Shown here: piece after piece, positions 9,772-19,049 of the stretch
Layout of the letters: every line of letters starts with the position of its first letter
Numbering within the stretch: position 1 is the first letter of the stretch
From: an uncultured Actinomycetes bacterium
Lineage (GTDB): Bacteria > Actinomycetota > UBA4738 > HRBIN12
DNA length: 64,000 nt
Assembly (NCBI GenBank): GCA_963713185.1
Contig: CAVQKV010000007.1
Coordinates: forward strand, 18,537 to 82,536
Direction: 5' to 3'
Made by a program: the position numbers and the translations under genes
The notes under the pieces: generated by a model
The model's input: the letters and a program-made list of their open reading frames with translations, nothing else
Databases searched by the model: none
Told to the model about the DNA's origin: nothing

Positions 9772-10185
9772 CTATCGAGCGCGCATGCGGTTGTTCCGGG
9801 GGTTGTGCTCGAGCTCGGCGAGACCGAGCGCCTCCAGCAGCGGCGGCACGTACATCCCGAATCGCCCTCGAAGGCCCTTCTTCAAGCCATACCACCCGCC
9901 GACCGGATTGTCGGGTGAGCGGCCCCATGCCTCGACCGTGCCCTCGCCGGCCGGCCTCTGCTCGTCGGCGCTCCCGAGCGGCACCCAGTCGCCGTTCGCC
10001 TTCAACATCGCGTGCAGGTCCTCGATGCACCGGAGCTGGTAGCTCAGCTGGGTCTTGCCCACCTGGCACACGAGCGCGGGTGGATCGGCCTCCTCGTCGC
10101 GCCACATCTGGTACTCGGAGGTCCCCGGCGGGGTCTTCAACACCCAGGGATCATCCTTCGAACCCGAACCCCTCGACTCGGTCAT
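9772..10185 (-). CDS. conserved hypothetical protein (widely distributed small family, function unknown)
   Basis: The MTESRG start has AGGGGAGG upstream. The motifs DDPWVLKTPPGTSEY...GGWYGLKKGLRGRFGMYVPPLLEALGLAELEHNPRNNRM are recognisable from many bacterial hypotheticals. Confidence 0.7.
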   Translation of the reverse strand: MTESRGSGSKDDPWVLKTPPGTSEYQMWRDEEADPPALVCQVGKTQLSYQLRCIEDLHAMLKANGDWVPLGSADEQRPAGEGTVEAWGRSPDNPVGGWYGLKKGLRGRFGMYVPPLLEALGLAELEHNPRNNRMRAR

Positions 10186-10330
10186 GAGTACCTCCCCTGA
10201 CGACCCAGTCCTCGTCCGGCTCATCCCGCGGGACGTAGCCGAGCGCGTCCCTCCAGAACGCGAACATCCGCTCGAAGTCGTTGCAGTCGATGACCACCGA
10301 GCCGACGCGGATCTTGATCGGATCCCTCAA
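10151..10330 (-). pseudogene. N-terminal remnant of a VOC/glyoxalase-like gene
   Basis: (L)RDPIKIRVGSVVIDCNDFERMFAFWRDALGYVPRDEPDEDWVV is a typical VOC N-terminus. The frame then runs into the RBS and start of the next gene and stops after ~59 codons. Confidence 0.55.
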
Positions 10331-10929
10331 AGCGTCGCCGCCTCGACCGGGTGTTCGCGCAACATCAAGACGCCGAGCGTGACCACGTAGGCGATGAACG
10401 CGATCGGGGCGACCGCATCCAAGGCCGCGGACCCGAGCGGGCTCACCACAGCCCTGACGAACACCATCAGCGAAACCGCGATACCGAACCACCGCACCCA
10501 CACGGGCCGGCGGGGCACCGTCGCGAGCGCGAACAGACCCAGCGCGACGAACAGCGCGGCGTCGGTGAGATCGGCGGCGAACGTCCACGTGTGCGCCATC
10601 GACGGCGTCGGCGTTCCGAGCGCCAGCACGAGCGGCGGGACGGCGGTCGCGAGCTCGGTGAGGACGACCAGGGTCGTGGCACTGACGATCCTGGGAGCAC
10701 GCGTCCTGGGAAGCGCACGCCGAGCGAGTGCGATGGCGAACATCACGAACGGCACCAGCGCCAGCACGCCGACCACCTGCGCCGCGATCACCACGGACCC
10801 GTGGTCCGAGTAGAAGGCGACGATCGTCGCTCCCGGGTCGTCGGCCGTGGGGATCGAGACCAAACCACCGGCCACGAGCAGCATCACCGCGAAGCCGATC
10901 CCCCACCAGCCTTGCCGCGGGTCGACCAC
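10327..10929 (-). CDS. hypothetical integral membrane protein
   Basis: 200-aa ORF with about six hydrophobic helices. No family was recognised. Confidence 0.6.
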   Translation of the reverse strand: MVDPRQGWWGIGFAVMLLVAGGLVSIPTADDPGATIVAFYSDHGSVVIAAQVVGVLALVPFVMFAIALARRALPRTRAPRIVSATTLVVLTELATAVPPLVLALGTPTPSMAHTWTFAADLTDAALFVALGLFALATVPRRPVWVRWFGIAVSLMVFVRAVVSPLGSAALDAVAPIAFIAYVVTLGVLMLREHPVEAATL

Positions 10930-10965
10930 GATCGCGACCCTACTCGAGTCAGCGGCACCCCGCGC

Positions 10966-11724
10966 CTAGCCGTCGCCCCACGGATCGTCGGGGTGGAACA
11001 CCGCGACCAGCTCGCGCCCTCCGGCCTCGGGTTCGAGGCGCAGCTCCCTCGCCGTCGCGAGGTCGACCGGGAGGTTCCGCCCCCAGGCCGCGTGGCCCAG
11101 GCCGAGCTCGGCCCTCCCGACCGCGATGCGACGTCCGTCCGTGGTGACGAGCCACACGCGGTACCAGCCCGAGCCCCCCACCGGCGCTCGCAGCGAGACG
11201 AACATCCACGACGGGTCGCCTTGGTACCCCCACGCGGTCCCGACTTCGCTCACCCCGCTCCGAAGCGGAGCGGCGGCGAAGAACGAGCCCTGTCCCACGC
11301 CCAGCAGCGCTCGGTACTCGTCCGCGACGCGGCGATCCTTCGCCGTCGTCGCGAACATCGCACCGGCGCCGATCGCGATGGCGAGCACCAGGCTCGCCGC
11401 GGCCAGTCCCACCCGCCACGGCCGGCGCAAGGCGGCCCAGCGGCGGCCTGCCGGTCGGGCACGAACACGGGACCGGCGCCCCTCGCCCAGCTCGATCGCG
11501 TCGAGGACCCGCGACTCGAGGCCGGGCGGCGCCTCGTGCTCGGGTGCGAGCAGCAGCAGCTCGTCGGTGACCGACGACAGCTCGGAGACCAGCCGCCGGC
11601 ACGCCTGACACCCGGCCAGATGGCGCAAGGCGCCTTCGCGCTCGTGCCCGTCGGCGACGCCGAGCGCGAGCTCGGGTGCGAGCTCGGTCACCTGTTCGCA
11701 GCTCATCTCACGACCCATCGCCAA
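10966..11724 (-). CDS. anti-sigma factor (zf-HC2 type, single TM)
   Basis: The N-terminal H-x3-C-x2-C motif (RHLAGCQACRRL), a TM segment near residue 110, and a position directly downstream of the ECF sigma gene. The start may instead be ATG 11706. Confidence 0.8.
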   Translation of the reverse strand: MAMGREMSCEQVTELAPELALGVADGHEREGALRHLAGCQACRRLVSELSSVTDELLLLAPEHEAPPGLESRVLDAIELGEGRRSRVRARPAGRRWAALRRPWRVGLAAASLVLAIAIGAGAMFATTAKDRRVADEYRALLGVGQGSFFAAAPLRSGVSEVGTAWGYQGDPSWMFVSLRAPVGGSGWYRVWLVTTDGRRIAVGRAELGLGHAAWGRNLPVDLATARELRLEPEAGGRELVAVFHPDDPWGDG

Positions 11725-12265
11725 CCCCCAGCTCGGACCGCAGCTTCATCAACGCCGCCCGGATCCTGGTCTTCACGGTCCCGAGCGGCACGCCGTCCAG
11801 TTCGCTCATCTCACGGGCGGTGAAGCCGTAGAACACCGCAAGCACGAGCGCCCGACGCTGCGGCTCGGGGAGCCGGCGAACGGCCTCCCGGAGCGGCTCG
11901 GCGTCCGCCACCGCATCCGGCACGCCGGTCCCGATCCGTTCGCGCTCGAGCCGGCCCTCGGAAAGGCCGAGCAGGATCTCGGGGTCGACCGGATCCGCGC
12001 GACGCGACGGCAGCATGTTGATCGAGGTGTTGCGGGCGATCGTCAGCAGCCACGCCGCCACGCTCCCCCGCCGCGCATCGAACCCCGATGCGTGCCTCCA
12101 CGCCCGGACGAACGTCTCCTGCGCCGCCTCCTCCGCCGCCCCGCGGTCCCGCAGGATCGACAGCGTCAGGCCGAAGATCCGCCGCTCGAAGCGCCGGACG
12201 AACTCGGCGGCGGCCGTCGCGTCGCCCGAACCCATGCCGGCCAGCAACGCCTCATCCGAGAGCAT
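11708..12265 (-). CDS. ECF-family RNA polymerase sigma-70 factor
   Basis: Region 2 (AAQETFVRAWRH...WLLTIARN) and region 4 (LPEPQRRALVLAVFYGFTAREMSELDGVPLGTVKTRI). Confidence 0.9.
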   Translation of the reverse strand: MLSDEALLAGMGSGDATAAAEFVRRFERRIFGLTLSILRDRGAAEEAAQETFVRAWRHASGFDARRGSVAAWLLTIARNTSINMLPSRRADPVDPEILLGLSEGRLERERIGTGVPDAVADAEPLREAVRRLPEPQRRALVLAVFYGFTAREMSELDGVPLGTVKTRIRAALMKLRSELGVGDGS

Positions 12266-12446
12266 CGCGCCGGCGGCCGCTGCCGCGTCGAGGGATCCCC
12301 ACGAGGTGTATTACCGGCCGGAGCCCCCGATGGTTTGCCGGTTCGAGCAGATTTCTTCCGACGGCGGCCCGATCCGGCCCGAACGGAATCCCGAACCGCG
12401 ACCCCGCCGGTAGTACCTCGCGTCCACCGACTGGAAGGGGAAGACC

Positions 12447-12908
12447 ATGCGAGGAACGAGCGGACGGGTGCGACTGGTCGGCGCGCTGTTCGCGCTCGGG
12501 CTGGTCGCGGCGGCGTGCTCGAGCGCGGGCGCCTCCACGGGCAGCGGCGGGATGTCGCTCTCGATCGCCTCACCCGGGGACGGCGCCTCGGTGTCGGAGC
12601 CGTTCACGGTGAAGCTGGATGCGAGCGTCCCGATCGGCGAGCCGACGACCGGCGAGCACCACGTGCACCTCTGCTTCGACGGCGGGAGCTGCGACGAGCT
12701 CTCGCAGTCCGTGATCGCGTACCAGGACTCGGTGCAGGTGACGGGGCTCTCGCCCGGGATGCACACGATCCACGCCTCGCTCCGCAATGCCGACCACTCC
12801 GACGCGGGCGTGAGCGCCGAGATCACGGTCACCGTGAGCGGCGGCGGGATGGGTTCGGGTGTGGGGTCGAGCACCGGGGCCACCGGAAGCCGAGGGTATG
12901 GCTACTGA
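12447..12908 (+). CDS. DUF4399-like lipoprotein
   Basis: Signal peptide with lipobox LVAAAC and a GEHHVHL motif. Divergent from the ECF sigma operon. Confidence 0.6.
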   Translation: MRGTSGRVRLVGALFALGLVAAACSSAGASTGSGGMSLSIASPGDGASVSEPFTVKLDASVPIGEPTTGEHHVHLCFDGGSCDELSQSVIAYQDSVQVTGLSPGMHTIHASLRNADHSDAGVSAEITVTVSGGGMGSGVGSSTGATGSRGYGY

Positions 12909-13637
12909 GCCACGGACCGAGCGCGCCGCGGAGCCCGTGGCACTCACCCGCCATCCCCGGCGCGTCCGCTGGTTCCACGCGGCGATCTACCTGACCACGA
13001 TCCCGCTCCTGTGGACCGGATGGTGGCTGCTGTCGGGCGAGGAAGGGAGTCCGAGCTTCCTCGCCCGCGTGTTCCACGTCGCCGACGTCCGGGTGCACGT
13101 GTGGGCGGGGCGGGTGCTCGCGCTGCTCGCGATCGCCGCGATCGCGTTCGGGCGCCGGGGGGTTCGGACGTTCGTGCGGGAGACGCTGCGCCGCGACCCC
13201 GGCGACGCGCGGTGGTGGGTGAGGTGGCCGGCCGCCGTACTGACCGGACGCTTCGCGCGCCACGAGGGCGCGTTCGACCCCGGCCAGCGCGTGGCGAACG
13301 TCGTGATCGTGGGTGGGTTAATCGTCCTCACGACGACCGGCATCGCGCTGACGCTGTTGCACGGCGGACCCGCTGTTCGCCTGGCTGGCGAAGGTCCACC
13401 TGTGGACCGCGGTCGATCGTGACCCCGGTGATCCTCGGTCACGTGCTCGTCGCGCTCGGCGTGCTGCCCGGCTACCGGGGGGTGTGGCGTTCGATGCACC
13501 TCGGCGGGCGGGTACCCGAGGAGACCGCCCGGCGCGTGTGGCCGGGATGGACCGAGCGGACGCTCTCGGACGCGAGACCGACGGACGACCGCGAGACGGG
13601 GACGGCATCACGCCATCCTCGGGGTGCTGGGGTCTAG
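12898..13637 (+). pseudogene. cytochrome b561 / Ni-Fe hydrogenase b-type cytochrome-like membrane protein, two frame breaks
   Basis: ATG 12898 overlaps the upstream stop (ATGGCTACTGA). The protein-like sequence changes frame at ~13378 (LFAWLAKVHLWTAV) and again at ~13412 (VTPVILGHVLVALGVLPGYRGVWRSM...), ending at 13637. Confidence 0.55.
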
Positions 13638-15874
13638 TCGAACAGCGCGTCGAACGCCCGCAGCGTGTCGCCCAACCGGCCGGCCAGCGTCGTCGCGAGC
13701 CAGCGGTGCAGCGCCGCGGCGAGCTCGGGCTCCTCGGCCTCCATCCGCGCGATCGACTCCTGGGACAGCCGGAGGACCACGCTCGGGGTCTCGGCCACCA
13801 CGTCCGCCGTGCGCGGGACCCCCGTGTACATCGCGACCTCCCCGACCACCACACCCGGGTGCATCGTCCGCAGGCGCATCCGCGTCCCCAGGGCCGTGAG
13901 GATCTCGACCCGCAGCCGGCCGGACTCGAGGACGAACACGTCGTCGGGCGACTCGTCCTGGTGGATCAGCACGGTCCCTTCCGGGACCGTCACACGCTCG
14001 AGGTAGGTCCGCAGGCCCCGCGGCATGCCGGCGAGCCCGGCCTCCGCGGACGGCACCGGCTCGGCACCGGCGTCCTCGAGCAGCCCCTCCTCGCAGCGCT
14101 GGAGTCCCCGATCCAGGTCCGGCTCGAACCGCAGGACCGCGGACGCGCCCGCCCCCCCACGCTCGAGCTGCCTGCGCACCGGGTCCGAGACCCCGGTGAA
14201 CACGAGCTCGAACCCGTTCGCCTCCGCCAGGTGCGTGACCTTGAGGAAGGACACCACCGCCGAGGAGTCCACCCCGGTCACCCGTCGCAGGTCGATCACC
14301 AGGAACCTCGGCGGTGCCGCCTCCACGCGCTTTCGGATCCGCTCGAGCAGGCCGTTGGCCGACCCGAAGAACACGAACCCGTTCAGGCGCAGGATCTGGA
14401 CGCGGTCGCCCATGGCCCGTAGCGCCGCTCGCTCGGTGGGCGGACGGTCCACGTTGCTGTGGTAGGTCTCCCCGAAGGAGACCTCGCGCACCAGCTCGAT
14501 CCGGCCGTAGCTGACCGCGAACAGGACGACCGCGAGCACGAGCCCGAGCACGACCCCGGGCAGGAACCCCCGGGCGATGATCGCCGCCAGGATCACCAGG
14601 ACGACCCCGTACTCCACCGGCGGCAGGGTCCGCCGCTTGTCCCAGACCCACTCGACCAGGAAGGCGAGGCCGAGGAACACGAGCACGCCGCCCACGATCA
14701 TGCGCGGGATCAGCTCGATGACGGCGGCGCCGAACACGACCGCGGCGAGCGGGACCGCCGCGGCGATGAGCCCCGCGGCCCGCGCGTTCACCTTCATGCG
14801 CTCGGCGAGCGCGCTCAGGCTGAGCGCGTGGTAGCCGGGGATGCCGCCGAGCGCGCCGGAGATCACGTTCAGCACCCCGGCGTCGCGCAGCTCCTCGTTC
14901 GTTTCCAGGTCCCGGTGCAAGATGATCTCGGTCCCGCTGATGTTGAACAAGATCGCAAGCACGGCCACGAACACGGCGGTGGCGATGCCCGCCCACTGGC
15001 CGAGCACCGCCGACCAGTCGGCGCCGGTGAGGGCTCGAAGGGTCCACGGCTGCCACAGGCGAACCGACTCGAAGGGTCCGAGCAGCCACCGCCCATGCCG
15101 AGCGGCATCGAGCGACGAGCCCGTCACGAGCATGCCGATCGCGAACAGCACGAGCCCGATGCCGATCACGATCGGGATGACCAGCGGCTTCTTCAGCTGC
15201 CGGACGGCCACGAGCAGGATCACGCCGAAGGCGAACGCAGGCACCCAGTGCTTGAGCGTCACCGGGCTGCCCAGGAGGCCGATGGTGCGCAGGTGCACCT
15301 CCACACCGGAGGAGACGTAGATGCCGCCCTTCAGGAGCAGCCACCCCGTGCCGGCCAGGAAGCCGCCGACGACCGGGTACGGCACGAACCGGACCAGGTT
15401 GCCGAGCCGGAAGGTCCCGAGCGCCGAGAAGACGAGACCGCACAGGACCGTCACGACCAGCGTCGCGGCGACGACGGTCAGGAAGATGTCGGGCGTCTCG
15501 AACGCCCCGACGCCTGCGGTCTCGGCGACCCTCACGATGGCCGCGGCCTTCGAGGCCGTGCTCGCTGCCACGATCGCGAGCACGGCCGTCGCGGCGTCCT
15601 GCACGCTGCCGACGACACCTCGGGAGCCCGCCCTCCAGGCGAGGAACCCGAGCGTGAGCGCGGCCGCAACGAGGTACAGCCCGATGCCGTCCGCCAGATC
15701 ACCCACGAGCACTCCGCCGAACACGAAGGCGGCGAACGCGACCGCGAGGACCACCTCGACGCCGCCGATGATCACCCCCGCGACCAGCGAGGCGAGCACG
15801 CCGGATCGTCGCTCCTCTGACGGCGACCCGCCTCCCCTGGAACCCAGGCGAGGCGACTCCATCTGCACATCCAT
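13634..15874 (-). CDS. SulP-family anion transporter with STAS and C-terminal cyclic nucleotide-binding domain (copy A)
   Basis: 746 aa starting at MDVQMESP, with GGAGAG upstream. SulP core (FVPYPVVGGFLAGTGWLL), STAS (ILRLNGFVFFGSA...VIDLRRVTGVDSSA) and CNB (GEVAMYTGVPRTADVVAETPS). The rest of the 1499-aa ORF is a shadow of copy B. Confidence 0.9.
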   Translation of the reverse strand: MDVQMESPRLGSRGGGSPSEERRSGVLASLVAGVIIGGVEVVLAVAFAAFVFGGVLVGDLADGIGLYLVAAALTLGFLAWRAGSRGVVGSVQDAATAVLAIVAASTASKAAAIVRVAETAGVGAFETPDIFLTVVAATLVVTVLCGLVFSALGTFRLGNLVRFVPYPVVGGFLAGTGWLLLKGGIYVSSGVEVHLRTIGLLGSPVTLKHWVPAFAFGVILLVAVRQLKKPLVIPIVIGIGLVLFAIGMLVTGSSLDAARHGRWLLGPFESVRLWQPWTLRALTGADWSAVLGQWAGIATAVFVAVLAILFNISGTEIILHRDLETNEELRDAGVLNVISGALGGIPGYHALSLSALAERMKVNARAAGLIAAAVPLAAVVFGAAVIELIPRMIVGGVLVFLGLAFLVEWVWDKRRTLPPVEYGVVLVILAAIIARGFLPGVVLGLVLAVVLFAVSYGRIELVREVSFGETYHSNVDRPPTERAALRAMGDRVQILRLNGFVFFGSANGLLERIRKRVEAAPPRFLVIDLRRVTGVDSSAVVSFLKVTHLAEANGFELVFTGVSDPVRRQLERGGAGASAVLRFEPDLDRGLQRCEEGLLEDAGAEPVPSAEAGLAGMPRGLRTYLERVTVPEGTVLIHQDESPDDVFVLESGRLRVEILTALGTRMRLRTMHPGVVVGEVAMYTGVPRTADVVAETPSVVLRLSQESIARMEAEEPELAAALHRWLATTLAGRLGDTLRAFDALFD
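14106..15056. repeat. 951-bp near-identical tract shared with 16415..17365 (offset 2309)
   Basis: The ORF-track translations in three frames are identical between the copies apart from single changes (R/K and A/P). The flanks of both genes are clearly diverged. Confidence 0.9.
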
Positions 15875-15882
15875 CGGCTCTC

Positions 15883-18207
15883 CTAGTCGAGCAGGGCGTC
15901 GAACTCCCTCTGGGTGTCGCTCAATCGCTCCGAGAGGATCCTCGCGAGCCACCGATGCAGCGCCGCGGCCAGCTCGGGCTCCTCGGCCTCCATCCGCTCG
16001 ATCGCCGCGCCGCTGAGCCGCAGGACCACGCTCGGCGTCTCGGCCACCACGTCCGCCGTTCGCGTCACGCCCGTGTACATCGCGACCTCGCCGACGACCA
16101 CGCCGGGGTTCACCCTCCGCACGCGCATCTGGGTCCCGTCGGTCGTCACCATCTCCACGCTCAGTCGGCCCGATTCCACGACGAACAGATCGCCCGGCGG
16201 TTCGTCCTGTCGGATCAGCACCGTGCCCTCGGCCAACGGCATGCGCTCGAGGTAGCCGCGCACGCCGGGCGGCAGGTCGGCGAGCACGCCGCTCGACCCG
16301 TCCGAGGACGCCACCCGGTCGGCACCGATCTCGACCGCACGGCCGCCGACCCCGCCTTCGACCCCATCCCCGACGGGGCCGACCTGGAGCAGACGTTCCT
16401 CGCACCACTGCAAGCCCCGATCCAGGTCCGGCTCGAACCGCAGGACCGCGGACGCGCCCGCCCCCCCACGCTCGAGCTGCCTGCGCACCGGGTCCGAGAC
16501 CCCGGTGAACACGAGCTCGAACCCGTTCGCCTCCGCCAGGTGCGTGACCTTGAGGAAGGACACCACCGCCGAGGAGTCCACCCCGGTCACCCGTCGCAGG
16601 TCGATCACCAGGAACCTCGGCGGTGCCGCCTCCACGCGCTTTCGGATCCGCTCGAGCAGGCCGTTGGCCGACCCGAAGAACACGAACCCGTTCAGGCGCA
16701 GGATCTGGACGCGGTCGCCCATGGCCCGTAGCGCCGCTCGCTCGGTGGGCGGACGGTCCACGTTGCTGTGGTAGGTCTCCCCGAAGGAGACCTCGCGCAC
16801 CAGCTCGATCCGGCCGTAGCTGACCGCGAACAGGACGACCGCGAGCACGAGCCCGAGCACGACCCCGGGCAGGAACCCCCGGGCGATGATCGCCGCCAGG
16901 ATCACCAGGACGACCCCGTACTCCACCGGCGGCAGGGTCCGCCGCTTGTCCCAGACCCACTCGACCAGGAAGGCGAGGCCGAGGAACACGAGCACGCCGC
17001 CCACGATCATGCGCGGGATCAGCTCGATGACGGCGGCGCCGAACACGACCGCGGCGAGCGGGACCGCCGCGGCGATGAGCCCCGCGGCCCGCGCGTTCAC
17101 CTTCATGCGCTCGGCGAGCGCGCTCAAGCTGAGCGCGTGGTAGCCGGGGATGCCGCCGAGCGCGCCGGAGATCACGTTCAGCACCCCGGCGTCGCGCAGC
17201 TCCTCGTTCGTTTCCAGGTCCCGGTGCAAGATGATCTCGGTCCCGCTGATGTTGAACAAGATCGCAAGCACGGCCACGAACACGGCGGTGGCGATCCCCG
17301 CCCACTGGCCGAGCACCGCCGACCAGTCGGCGCCGGTGAGGGCTCGAAGGGTCCACGGCTGCCACGACTGGCGGTCGTCGAACGGACCGAACAGCAGCCA
17401 GTTGCCCGACCTCGCACCCTCGAGCGACGAGCCCGTCACGAGCATGCCGATCGCGAACGCCACGATCCCGATCCCGATCACGACCGGGATCACGAGTGGG
17501 TTCTTCACCACCCGCGTCGCGACGAGCAGGATCACGCCGAACGCTACCGCGGGAAGCCACAACTGCAGCACCCTCGACTCCGTCAGGTCGCCGATCGTGG
17601 CCAGCGATGCCGCCTCGCGCGAGGCGACGGCGATGCCGCCCTTCAGCAGCAGCCACCCCGTCCCCGCGACGAACCCCCCGACGACCGGGTAGGGGACGAA
17701 CCTGATCAGGTTGGCGCGCTTGAGCGTCCCGAGCACCAGGAACACGACGCCGCACAGGACGGTCACGACGAGCGTCGCGGCGACGACCGTGAGGAAGGCT
17801 CGCTCGGGGCCCCCGAACGCGTCGAGGGCCGTGGTCGTCGCCACGATCGCGAGCACGGCGGCCACCGTCCCCTGCAGGCTGCCGACGACCCCGCGGAGAC
17901 CCGCCCGCCACGCGAGGATCGCGAGCGTCAGCGCTGCCGCTCCGAGGTAGAGGGTGATCGCATCCGGGAGGGAATCCTCGAGATAGCCCCCGAACACGAA
18001 GGCGGCGAACGCGACCGCGAAGACCGTCTCGATGGCACCGATGACCACGCCGGCCGCGAGCACGGCGAGCATCCCCTCGGGTCGTCGCTGTCCGACCACG
18101 GTCCCTCCCCCTGAAAGCGGACTGTAGGCGCAAGCGCGGTCGAGCGCATGCGGTCGAGGGCCTGACCCACCCGAACGCCCAGACGCAGGGAGCCCCTCCG
18201 TCGCCAT
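15883..18207 (-). CDS. SulP-family anion transporter with STAS and C-terminal cyclic nucleotide-binding domain (copy B)
   Basis: 774-aa ORF collinear with copy A and carrying a 20-aa longer STAS-CNB linker. The true start may be an internal codon near MLAVLAAG. Confidence 0.9.
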   Translation of the reverse strand: MATEGLPASGRSGGSGPRPHALDRACAYSPLSGGGTVVGQRRPEGMLAVLAAGVVIGAIETVFAVAFAAFVFGGYLEDSLPDAITLYLGAAALTLAILAWRAGLRGVVGSLQGTVAAVLAIVATTTALDAFGGPERAFLTVVAATLVVTVLCGVVFLVLGTLKRANLIRFVPYPVVGGFVAGTGWLLLKGGIAVASREAASLATIGDLTESRVLQLWLPAVAFGVILLVATRVVKNPLVIPVVIGIGIVAFAIGMLVTGSSLEGARSGNWLLFGPFDDRQSWQPWTLRALTGADWSAVLGQWAGIATAVFVAVLAILFNISGTEIILHRDLETNEELRDAGVLNVISGALGGIPGYHALSLSALAERMKVNARAAGLIAAAVPLAAVVFGAAVIELIPRMIVGGVLVFLGLAFLVEWVWDKRRTLPPVEYGVVLVILAAIIARGFLPGVVLGLVLAVVLFAVSYGRIELVREVSFGETYHSNVDRPPTERAALRAMGDRVQILRLNGFVFFGSANGLLERIRKRVEAAPPRFLVIDLRRVTGVDSSAVVSFLKVTHLAEANGFELVFTGVSDPVRRQLERGGAGASAVLRFEPDLDRGLQWCEERLLQVGPVGDGVEGGVGGRAVEIGADRVASSDGSSGVLADLPPGVRGYLERMPLAEGTVLIRQDEPPGDLFVVESGRLSVEMVTTDGTQMRVRRVNPGVVVGEVAMYTGVTRTADVVAETPSVVLRLSGAAIERMEAEEPELAAALHRWLARILSERLSDTQREFDALLD
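16415..17365. repeat. partner copy of the 951-bp tract at 14106..15056
   Basis: Same evidence as the partner tract. Identity starts at ccccgatccaggtcc and ends at ggctgccac in both copies. Confidence 0.9.
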
Positions 18208-18270
18208 CGGCCTGATGACGCTCGAGACCTGCCTCCGTCGCCTGCCGGGAGGATCCCGAGGTCGCCGGGG

Positions 18271-18981
18271 CTACCTACCGGAACGTGTCGGGCTCATCGC
18301 GCGCGCCTCGCGGGCCAGTCGACGCGCGAGACGGATCGGCTCCGGCGTCCGGTACCGACCGGTGACGCCGCGTACCACGTCGAGCGCAACAGCCGCGTCC
18401 GTCCGCCACGCCGCGTGCACCATCACAGGTCGGGCGCCGCGGCGCGTTCGGAGGGCGGCTCCGACGATCTCACCACCCAGGACGAGCGGAGCCGACAACC
18501 CTCGGTCGGCTGCCGGCTCCACCGGCGCCGCGATCAGCGGTCGGACCGTCACGCCGACGGTCGGCACGTCGAGCACCGCGCCCAAGTGCAGCGCGATGCC
18601 GGCCCGGCGAGGATGATCCAGCCCCGTGCCGTTCACGAGCACGACGTCCGGCGTGAGCCTCAGTGTCCGGATGGCTCGCTCGAGCAGCGGCCCTTCGCGA
18701 AGGGCAAGGAGGCCCGGCACGTAGGGACCTCCGGCTCGTCCGTGAACGGCGGTCGAGCTGAGCGGCCCCGGTTCGCCGGCGACGAGCGCCACCGCGGCAA
18801 CCCACAGCGGATCGCCGGCGCCGCCGATCCCGACGAGACCGACGGGCCCGGCCACGAAGGCGCCCGCCACGACGAGGCGCCGTTCGGGATCGGGCCTCCA
18901 GATCCGTGGTTCGAGGCGAGCGAGCCGCTGCTGGAGCGCCTCGAGCTCCCCGGGCGCCGTGGGCCAGCCGATAGGTGTCAC
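18271..18981 (-). CDS. nfi: endonuclease V (deoxyinosine 3' endonuclease)
   Basis: Motifs YVPGLLALREGP and VNGTGLDHPRRAGIALHLG, plus length, match the Nfi family. Confidence 0.85.
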   Translation of the reverse strand: MTPIGWPTAPGELEALQQRLARLEPRIWRPDPERRLVVAGAFVAGPVGLVGIGGAGDPLWVAAVALVAGEPGPLSSTAVHGRAGGPYVPGLLALREGPLLERAIRTLRLTPDVVLVNGTGLDHPRRAGIALHLGAVLDVPTVGVTVRPLIAAPVEPAADRGLSAPLVLGGEIVGAALRTRRGARPVMVHAAWRTDAAVALDVVRGVTGRYRTPEPIRLARRLAREARAMSPTRSGR

Positions 18982-19049
18982 CTGGCGCTCGACGATACCG
19001 ACGGATCGGCAAGCGTGGCGGTCGAGATGCGCGTGTCTTCGGATCTGCT

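Noticed and set aside
12266-12446. ECF-type promoter (GGAAC-like -35 and CGT-containing -10) in the sigma/lipoprotein divergent region
   Set aside because: Only loose matches were seen (GGAATC, GAACC) and without a convincing spaced -10 element. This cannot be supported without the group-specific motif.
13634-18133. The 1499-aa ORF as a single giant transporter gene
   Set aside because: Only the last 746 codons (from ATG 15874, with its own RBS) are protein-like. The upstream half is an Arg/Gly/Pro-rich out-of-frame shadow of copy B, which has its own frame (15883..18207) and its own stop 8 bp before copy A.
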